A program made the position numbers and the translations under genes. DNA of 41,628 bases, taken from NCBI GenBank assembly GCA_018816485.1, contig JAHIVL010000073.1:1-41628 (forward strand). The letters are read 5' to 3'. The notes below the pieces were generated by a model. That model saw only the letters and a program-made list of their open reading frames with translations. It was not told where the DNA came from and ran no database searches. The DNA is from Patescibacteria group bacterium. Lineage in GTDB: Bacteria > Patescibacteriota > Microgenomatia > UBA1400 > PJMF01. Below are positions 18,313 to 25,192 of the stretch, one piece after another (the first letter of the stretch is position 1; every line of letters starts with the position of its first letter).

Positions 18313-20009
18313 TTTTTAACAACATAATTATCTATCACCAAGTAATCTATATCAGTACTCAAAAAACACCTGATTGCATCATTTGGAGTGCAAACGATTG
18401 GCTCACCCCTGACATTAAAAGAAGTGTTGATAATTATTGGAATCCCAGTTTTATCTTTATAGGATTTTACCAAGTCATAGTATTTTGGGTTATCTTTTCT
18501 GATCAGAGTTTCGAGTCTACCACTATTATCAACGTGGGCCACTGCAGGGACTTGTTTAAGGCCGATCTTTTTAAAAGGATATACCATTAGCATCCATCTT
18601 GCAGAAGGAGAGATATAGTCATCAGTTTCAAAATAATTCTTTGTATCTTCTTCAAGAATCACTGGCGCAAAGGGTCTAAACATTTCTCTCTTTTTAACTT
18701 TTTCATTAATGATATCTCTCATTTTTGTTGTAGTTGCCGAAGCTAAAATGCTTCTATTTCCAAGAGCTCGTGGTCCCCATTCCATTCTTCCTTGAAACCA
18801 ACCGATTACTTTTTTAGATTTAATTAATTTAGATACTTTATCAACCAATTTTTTATCACTTTCAATTCGTACGTATTTTAATTTATATTTTTTTAATTCT
18901 TTTTCAATTTGATACCATTTATATTCTGGTCCCAAATATGGATGAAAATCCTTCTTGTTCACTAATTTGCTTGTATGCTGAGTGTAGGAATACATAGCGG
19001 CACCCATAGCGGCACCAGCATCACTAGGATCAGGGGGAATAAATAACCTTTCAAACTGTGTATTAGATAGAATTTTTCCATTTAAAACAGAATTAAGAGC
19101 AACTCCACCCGCAAAGCATAGATTTTTTGTTTTGTAGGTTTTATATGCTGTATTTAAGAGGTTAACAACTACTTCTTCCAGCTTTTTCTGCAATGCTGCA
19201 GCAATATTTTCATGATATTTTTTTACTGGTCCCTCCTTTTTTCTAGGAGGATGGCCAAATAATTCACTCATTTTTTCTGAAGGCATATGATCAGCCCAAT
19301 CAAAATCAAAATATTTCATGTTTAGTTTAAAACTACCATCAGGAAATACCTCAATAATTTTGTCAAAATGTTTTTTAAATGGTTTGGGATCACCATAAGC
19401 CGCTAGGCCCATAACCTTGTATTCGCTGTCATTGGCACTAAATCCCAGATAAGTGGTTAAAGTGCTGTAAAGCAAACCAAGTGAGTGAGGAAAGTAAATT
19501 TCTTTGTCAATTTGAATTTTTTCATTAGATCCGTATCCAATGGTAGTAGTGGACCACTCACCAACTCCGTCAACTGTAACAATCGCTGATTTTTTAAATG
19601 GTGCAAGATAAAAAGCACTAGCCGCATGCGAAAGGTGGTGATCAATAAAATTGACTTCGCCAAAATAATTCACCTTTTCTTCAAGTGTTTTTTTAATTTG
19701 TAATCGAGATCCAAACCATGGCCCAATAGTGTTGACAAACTGTTTGTAACTTTTTGGGAAATTTTCTAGATGTTGAGAAATAATTCTCTCAAACTTAATC
19801 AAGGGTTTTTCATAAAAAGAAACTAAGTCAACCTCGTTTGCAGAAATATTTAAACTATCAAGGCAAAACTCAATAGCTTTTAGAGGAAAACTATTATCAT
19901 GTTTAATGCGGGTAAATCTTTCTTCAGCAGCTCCTGCAACAATTTTCCCATCTTTAATGATGCAAGCAGCACTATCGTGGTAATAGCAAGATATTCCTAG
20001 TACAATCAT
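18309..20009 (-). CDS. Carbamoyltransferase (NodU/CmcH family)
   Basis: 'GISCYYHDSAACIIKDGKIVAGAAEERFTRIKHDNSFP', 'HHLSHAASAFY', 'GGVALNSVLNGKI', 'MEWGPRALGNRSILA', 'RPFAPVILEE' and 'IIINTSFNVRGEPIV'. Confidence 0.9.
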   Translation of the reverse strand: MIVLGISCYYHDSAACIIKDGKIVAGAAEERFTRIKHDNSFPLKAIEFCLDSLNISANEVDLVSFYEKPLIKFERIISQHLENFPKSYKQFVNTIGPWFGSRLQIKKTLEEKVNYFGEVNFIDHHLSHAASAFYLAPFKKSAIVTVDGVGEWSTTTIGYGSNEKIQIDKEIYFPHSLGLLYSTLTTYLGFSANDSEYKVMGLAAYGDPKPFKKHFDKIIEVFPDGSFKLNMKYFDFDWADHMPSEKMSELFGHPPRKKEGPVKKYHENIAAALQKKLEEVVVNLLNTAYKTYKTKNLCFAGGVALNSVLNGKILSNTQFERLFIPPDPSDAGAAMGAAMYSYTQHTSKLVNKKDFHPYLGPEYKWYQIEKELKKYKLKYVRIESDKKLVDKVSKLIKSKKVIGWFQGRMEWGPRALGNRSILASATTTKMRDIINEKVKKREMFRPFAPVILEEDTKNYFETDDYISPSARWMLMVYPFKKIGLKQVPAVAHVDNSGRLETLIRKDNPKYYDLVKSYKDKTGIPIIINTSFNVRGEPIVCTPNDAIRCFLSTDIDYLVIDNYVVKK

Positions 20010-20020
20010 ATTTTAAAATA

Positions 20021-20212
20021 TTAATACATTTTTACAGAGTTTTTATTAGAAAGATATTCTTTCCAGCTTGTTTTTGACTGGTTATTATTAAGGAATTTTT
20101 TATTAACTAGTCTTGAAAATAAAAATGTCAAGCCAATTCCTAAAATAAATACAAAGTTTAGGGCAATTATTTCAATTACTTTATCAATTTTAGTTTTAAA
20201 CTTTTTTAGCAT
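20021..20212 (-). CDS. 63-aa single-TM protein, possibly SxtJ-like (C-terminal portion only)
   Basis: 'VIEIIALNFVFILGIGLTFLFSRLVNKKFL......SWKEY' resembles the tail of SxtJ-family proteins that accompany carbamoyltransferases (from memory, weak). It lies 11 nt upstream of the carbamoyltransferase. Confidence 0.35.
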   Translation of the reverse strand: MLKKFKTKIDKVIEIIALNFVFILGIGLTFLFSRLVNKKFLNNNQSKTSWKEYLSNKNSVKMY

Positions 20213-20237
20213 TACTTGATAATATCATGAACATTAA

Positions 20238-20513
20238 TTTTTTTTTGTTTTAACACCAGACATATTGACATTTGGTACCCCAACAGAGAATACATTAGGA
20301 GATTCGCTTGGATCAATAGTTAGGAAGAATAATTTTCCATATTTTAATTCAAGTCCAGGAATGATGCGGATTAATAGCAGTTTGCCTGGTTCTGAATCAT
20401 TAGACTTTTCAGATTTATACACTGGTCAAGATGGTTATCATCTTAATGCATACGGAAATAAGGTTTGCGCGTTTCTAGTTGCTGATTTTATAAGCAGTAA
20501 AATTGAAATCTAA
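20238..20513 (+). pseudogene. Truncated C-terminal remnant of an SGNH hydrolase gene
   Basis: The frame is open from 20238 (stop at 20235-20237) and the first candidate start is TTG at 20265. It encodes only '..TPDILTFGTPTEN..' and '..GQDGYHLNAYGNKVCAFLVADFI', a block III-like and a block V (DxxH) region. There is no block I Ser, and no room upstream because a minus-strand gene ends at 20212. Confidence 0.45.
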
Positions 20514-20533
20514 AATTATGTTACCATTATTAT

Positions 20534-21793
20534 ATGACTTTATCGCCTAAAAAAAGTATTTTTTTATTTCTTTTTGCGTCTTTTCAAGTTTTAATCTTTT
20601 TTTTATTCTACACCTCATACCAATTCATAATAATTTCATTGTTTTTAGTTTTTTTATTTTTTTATTTTTGGTTTTTCAAATTAAAAATTACATTTGATTT
20701 GAGAGTGGGAATGTTGTGGTTGGGATTAATACTTTTTTTATGTATATCTTCAATTTTTAGTCATAGCTTGCCACTAAGTTTAGATAATATCGTTTTTTAC
20801 GCATCTTCATTTTGTATCTTTATATTTTTTAAAAGCTTGGGACTTAGTAAAATATTTTCAAAATCTCAGATAGCAGCTACTTTTTTATTAGTGGGTTTTG
20901 TTCTTTCAATGTTTTTTATACTATTCTTTAGTTTTCCAGAAACATCTGAATTTTTGCCTCCAGTTAATTTTTTTACAACGCATTATGGGCACAATCATTT
21001 TGCAGCTCTGCTTTTATTTTTAATTCCTTTGAGTTGGTGGTTTATCAGTTCTAGTGAATACAAATTTTTTGCTTATAGAAAGTCGATATTAGTTCTTTTT
21101 TACACTTTAATTATTTTTTCATTTGGTAGATTTGCAACTTTGTTAACAATAATTCAACTTTTTTTCATACCTGGAATAATCAACAAAAAATTCTTTAAGA
21201 AAATTTATCTTTATCTGGTGGGTATTATCTTGGCAAGTTCATTAGTGATTGGAGCGATGGTTTCATTAAACTCCGTTTCAAATTGTTTAGTAAATGAGTT
21301 CAAAATTCAGCTATGCAAACCAATCACAAACGAAGCTAGACCAGAGTATTTTAAACAGGCCGTAAGAAGTTTAAAAGCTTATCCTTTATTTGGATATGGT
21401 CCTGGAAGTTTTTCTTTAATATCCAAGAGATTTAACACAACATCGCAAAGTTTTTCGATATATGCTCATAACAACTTTCTTCAGATTTTTTCAGAATCTG
21501 GAGTTATTGTTGGAATTATCTATGTGCTGTTAATTGGATTGTTGTATAAAAATATGTTTTCTGTTTTGAAAAAAAGCAAAGATGGTAATAGATTAAATAG
21601 TTTTTTATATCTAGGATTAGTAAGTTTATTAATAAATTCATTTATTGATTTCGATTGGGAACTATTTCCTATTTTTCAGATGGTAATTATTTTTATAGCT
21701 GTTGTTCTTTGGGATTATCAGGGAGCATACTTCGATAATAAAAGAATATTTTTAGTATTAAAAAAATCTATTAATTACTTTTTATTTTTCTAA
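20534..21793 (+). CDS. O-antigen ligase/polymerase-like (Wzy_C domain) polytopic membrane protein
   Basis: 'SFGRFATLLTIIQLFF', 'GYGPGSFSLISKRF' and 'YAHNNFLQIFSESGVIVGIIYVLLIGLL' match the Wzy_C core, with 10 or more TM segments. Confidence 0.75.
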   Translation: MTLSPKKSIFLFLFASFQVLIFFLFYTSYQFIIISLFLVFLFFYFWFFKLKITFDLRVGMLWLGLILFLCISSIFSHSLPLSLDNIVFYASSFCIFIFFKSLGLSKIFSKSQIAATFLLVGFVLSMFFILFFSFPETSEFLPPVNFFTTHYGHNHFAALLLFLIPLSWWFISSSEYKFFAYRKSILVLFYTLIIFSFGRFATLLTIIQLFFIPGIINKKFFKKIYLYLVGIILASSLVIGAMVSLNSVSNCLVNEFKIQLCKPITNEARPEYFKQAVRSLKAYPLFGYGPGSFSLISKRFNTTSQSFSIYAHNNFLQIFSESGVIVGIIYVLLIGLLYKNMFSVLKKSKDGNRLNSFLYLGLVSLLINSFIDFDWELFPIFQMVIIFIAVVLWDYQGAYFDNKRIFLVLKKSINYFLFF

Positions 21794-22326
21794 TGGTGAT
21801 GCTGATTGGTCTTGGATTTATTAATTTTGTTACGAAAATTCTAATTAATGGCGGTAATGAGGAAATAACATTTAGAATTTTTCCTTACTTCTACTCACAA
21901 TCTGAATTCTTTTTGACTGAAGCAGATATTTCAGAAGAACAAACTGATTTATTATATAAAATTTATGAGAATCACGATAAATTTATTTTGAATAATATTG
22001 AAAAAGAACCAAATATAGATAAAAAAATTGAACTATATAAAAAACTCATGGTGGTAAGGTTGTACGATGTTACAAACACAAATTATTATCAGCTCTTGCT
22101 AGACCAGGGCATGTATGTCAGCTTGGGAGAGGCTTCATACAAAGGTCTTTCTATGCTGATAGAAAATGAAAATAATGGAATGGGGCAGTCATACATAGTA
22201 AAAGAAAACATAATTAATTATCTTTTATTGTCTGCTCATTGGCACGAAGAAAATGGTGAGTATGATTTGTATAAAAAATACTATGATTTTATTGAGTCAA
22301 TTTGGAATAAAGATTGGAGTAATTAA
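21793..22326 (+). CDS. Hypothetical protein with an N-terminal TM, coupled to the Wzy_C gene
   Basis: TAATG overlap with the upstream gene. The helical, Tyr/Glu-rich sequence has no family I recognise. Confidence 0.4.
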   Translation: MVMLIGLGFINFVTKILINGGNEEITFRIFPYFYSQSEFFLTEADISEEQTDLLYKIYENHDKFILNNIEKEPNIDKKIELYKKLMVVRLYDVTNTNYYQLLLDQGMYVSLGEASYKGLSMLIENENNGMGQSYIVKENIINYLLLSAHWHEENGEYDLYKKYYDFIESIWNKDWSN

Positions 22327-22979
22327 TAGTCACCTTTTAATAGCTGCTTGATGATTATTTTATAAAAAGTATTGAAAATTAGAGAAAGGTCATTTTTTAA
22401 CGACCAATTGAGTTTTGATTCATTTCTAACAATCAAGTCATTGATTTCGTTTTTTTCTAGTTTTCTCCATTCATTTAATGATTGGTAGCGATTTGGAGAT
22501 AGTGCCCATTTTGATATTATTCCTGGCCTAACTTTATATCTAAAATCCCAAGAAGAAGGAAGGCTATTAGCTTCGTTAACTGGTAGGGGGCGAGGTCCAA
22601 CTAAACTCATTTCTCCTTTTAGAATATTAATTATTTGTGGAATTTCATCTATACCAAAATTTGAAAGAGTTTTGCCAATAATAGTAAATCTTGGGTCGTT
22701 TTTAATTTTAAACATTGGGTAAGGAGAAATATTTAGTTTTTTGAGTTTGTCTTGTTGTGAGCTAGCTCCACGCTTCATAGTTCTAAGCTTGTAAATAGTA
22801 AATATTTTCTTGTCTTTTCCTATTCTTTTTTGTTTAAAAATAACTGGACATCCAATTAACAATACAAAAAAGGGATAAATAAATACAAAAATTGGTATGA
22901 AAAATATTAGACCAATGATTGATAAAATTATGTCAAAAATTCTTTTATTATCAATCATAGTTTGATCCCGGGTGGACAA
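22323..22979 (-). CDS. Small monotopic phosphoglycosyl transferase (bacterial sugar transferase, WbaP C-terminal/PglC-like), the pathway-initiating enzyme
   Basis: 'RIFDIILSIIGLIFFIPIF', 'VIFKQKRIGKDKKIFTIYKLRTM' and 'DEIPQIINILKGEMSLVGPRPLP'. Confidence 0.9.
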   Translation of the reverse strand: MSTRDQTMIDNKRIFDIILSIIGLIFFIPIFVFIYPFFVLLIGCPVIFKQKRIGKDKKIFTIYKLRTMKRGASSQQDKLKKLNISPYPMFKIKNDPRFTIIGKTLSNFGIDEIPQIINILKGEMSLVGPRPLPVNEANSLPSSWDFRYKVRPGIISKWALSPNRYQSLNEWRKLEKNEINDLIVRNESKLNWSLKNDLSLIFNTFYKIIIKQLLKGDY

Positions 22980-24294
22980 TTAAATCTAAATCTATATTTT
23001 TTGTAGTTTTAGTCTGTTTATATATCAATATTAACATTGTCGAAAAGATATAGTATACCAAATATTTATGAAATCTTGGTTTTAAGTAGTTTTTTATCGA
23101 GCGAAGCGTTCGAACTTTCTTAATTCTTTTTTCTTCTGATATCTCATTAAGAATACTTCTGACTGGTTCAAATATATGCAAATGTTGTTCCGAGTTAATT
23201 TCTTTAATAATAATACCTTTTTTTTGAAAAAATATTATTTGAGCTTCGATTTCTTTCTTGATTTCACTTTTTGATATTTTCTTTATGATAAGTCTAAGCA
23301 AGAAATTTGGGAGATTATAAAATATTCCGTTGTTATCTACTAAGGTGGGGATACTCTGAGTTTCTAAAATGGGTTTTCCACGTAAAAGATTTATATGAAC
23401 AATTATTTGATAATCATCAGTTAATTTTTTAAGAATATTTAAATCTTTTTTCGATACCATATTGGCAAAGACTGAAATATGAGTAATTGATTTTGCCTGA
23501 AGTTGATCAATGATTGCGTTATTAATTATTTCTGACATTCCATAGTCATCTGCAACAATTTTATCTGATGATTTTGATTTCAATAATCTAAAATCAATTA
23601 ATCTAATTAGATCAATACATGTTTTTACAATTCTTTGTAAAGAAGAATATCTGCTTGGTCTAATTTCTCGAATAGTAATTGGTAGTTCAATTACTTCATT
23701 TTTAAGTTTTAACAAAAGCTCAGTGTCAAATAGTTCGTGCTTTGTTGTAATTTCTCGTAATGCCTTTTTGAGTTTTTTAGTATTTCTAAATGCTTTTATT
23801 CCGTGCGTGTCTGTTCCTTCATATTTAAGTATGTATTTTAAAACAAATCCGAGTAGTTTTGTTCTGAGTCTTTCAAAATAAGGCCTTGAATCACTACTTT
23901 GTTTGTGTAGTTTTGAACCAGAAACAATGTTATGAGTTTGCAATTTTTTAAATGATTTTTTGATGAAATCGATGTCATAAAAATCAACATTTAGAACAAA
24001 AAGGTATCTGCAATTCGAACTTAGTAGTCCGTGTTTTACAGCTTGTCCAAATGATGGAAATGAGATTCGTCTTTTTTTAATAAATTTATATTTATTTTCT
24101 AATCGACATATTTCATTCCACGATTTGTCTGCGCTTCCATTTTCAATTAAAATAATTTCATCTAATGGAAGATTGTGTTGCTTAATTTCTGCAATAAAAG
24201 ATTCTATTTGAGTTGCTAGATCTTTTTCTTCATTGTAAACGGGGAAAATATAACTAGTTTTTAAAATTTCTTTCATACCACTTAACTGTTTCAA
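22951..24294 (-). CDS. Fusion protein: N-terminal GT2 glycosyltransferase plus C-terminal YdjC/ChbG/HpnK-type carbohydrate deacetylase
   Basis: GT2 part: 'YIFPVYNEEKDLATQIESF..IILIENGSADKSW'. YdjC part: 'IVADDYGMSEIINNAIIDQ', 'NSEQHLHIFEPV' and 'LIVHPGS', with a hydrophobic segment 'YLVYYIFSTMLILIY' between the last two blocks. Confidence 0.7.
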   Translation of the reverse strand: MKQLSGMKEILKTSYIFPVYNEEKDLATQIESFIAEIKQHNLPLDEIILIENGSADKSWNEICRLENKYKFIKKRRISFPSFGQAVKHGLLSSNCRYLFVLNVDFYDIDFIKKSFKKLQTHNIVSGSKLHKQSSDSRPYFERLRTKLLGFVLKYILKYEGTDTHGIKAFRNTKKLKKALREITTKHELFDTELLLKLKNEVIELPITIREIRPSRYSSLQRIVKTCIDLIRLIDFRLLKSKSSDKIVADDYGMSEIINNAIIDQLQAKSITHISVFANMVSKKDLNILKKLTDDYQIIVHINLLRGKPILETQSIPTLVDNNGIFYNLPNFLLRLIIKKISKSEIKKEIEAQIIFFQKKGIIIKEINSEQHLHIFEPVRSILNEISEEKRIKKVRTLRSIKNYLKPRFHKYLVYYIFSTMLILIYKQTKTTKNIDLDLIVHPGSNYD

Positions 24295-25183
24295 TCAAAC
24301 CCTGTTTAAGAGTAACTTTTGGTTTCCATTTTAACTCTTTTAAAGCTTTCTTGTTTGAAATATAACTTCTGTTTTGCTCAATACTTTTCATTTTCTTATA
24401 TTTAATTTTAATTTCCGAATTAAACATTCCTTTTATTTTTTTGCTTAAATCTTTAATTGAGGTTTCAGTTTGTGAAGAAATATTGAAACAGTTATTTATA
24501 TCATATTTTAGTGCCAAAACATTAGCATAAACAAGATCTGAAACAAATATAAAATCTCGTGTTTGATCTCCATTATTATTTATTGTTAATCGTTTTCCAT
24601 TGATAATATTTTCAATAAATATCGAAATTACTGATTTATTTTTGTTATTTTGTCTTGGGCCGTAGACATTAGAATAGCGTAATATTACATATTTTATTCC
24701 ACATATTTTTGAGTAGGCTTTAATATAATATTCTCCTGCAAGTTTTGATACACCATATGGTGTAATGGGAAAAGGTTGAGTTTTCTCAGTAAATGGAAGG
24801 GTTTTATCTTCTGAATAGATTGCTCCAGCAGAAGATGCAAAAATAATTTTTTTCACTTTATATTTTTTTGCGGCTTCAAGTAGGTTAATAACAGATGTGA
24901 TGTTATTGGCATCATTTAATGGTTTTTCTAGTGAGTTTGTTACTGAAATATTAGCAGCATGATGATTGATAACATCTGGTTTTTCATCCTCAATAAGTTT
25001 ATTTATTTCTTTTGATTTAGTTAAATTTATTTGGAAATAAGAAGCGGAAGGATTCTTGTAGGGGAGTAAATTAGCTTGTCTTTTGTCAGCTATGATAACT
25101 TCATGTCCTAGCTTGATATATGCATCAACTATGTGTGAGCCAATAAAACCACATCCTCCAGTGACGAGTATTTTCATAAACAA
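24254..25183 (-). CDS. NAD-dependent sugar-nucleotide epimerase/dehydratase (GalE-like SDR)
   Basis: 'KILVTGGCGFIGSHIVDAY', 'SSAGAIY' and the YxxxK block 'YGVSKLAGEYY'. It starts 9 nt after the stop of the surface-protein gene. Confidence 0.85.
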   Translation of the reverse strand: MFMKILVTGGCGFIGSHIVDAYIKLGHEVIIADKRQANLLPYKNPSASYFQINLTKSKEINKLIEDEKPDVINHHAANISVTNSLEKPLNDANNITSVINLLEAAKKYKVKKIIFASSAGAIYSEDKTLPFTEKTQPFPITPYGVSKLAGEYYIKAYSKICGIKYVILRYSNVYGPRQNNKNKSVISIFIENIINGKRLTINNNGDQTRDFIFVSDLVYANVLALKYDINNCFNISSQTETSIKDLSKKIKGMFNSEIKIKYKKMKSIEQNRSYISNKKALKELKWKPKVTLKQGLIETVKWYERNFKN

Positions 25184-25192
25184 TATGCAATT

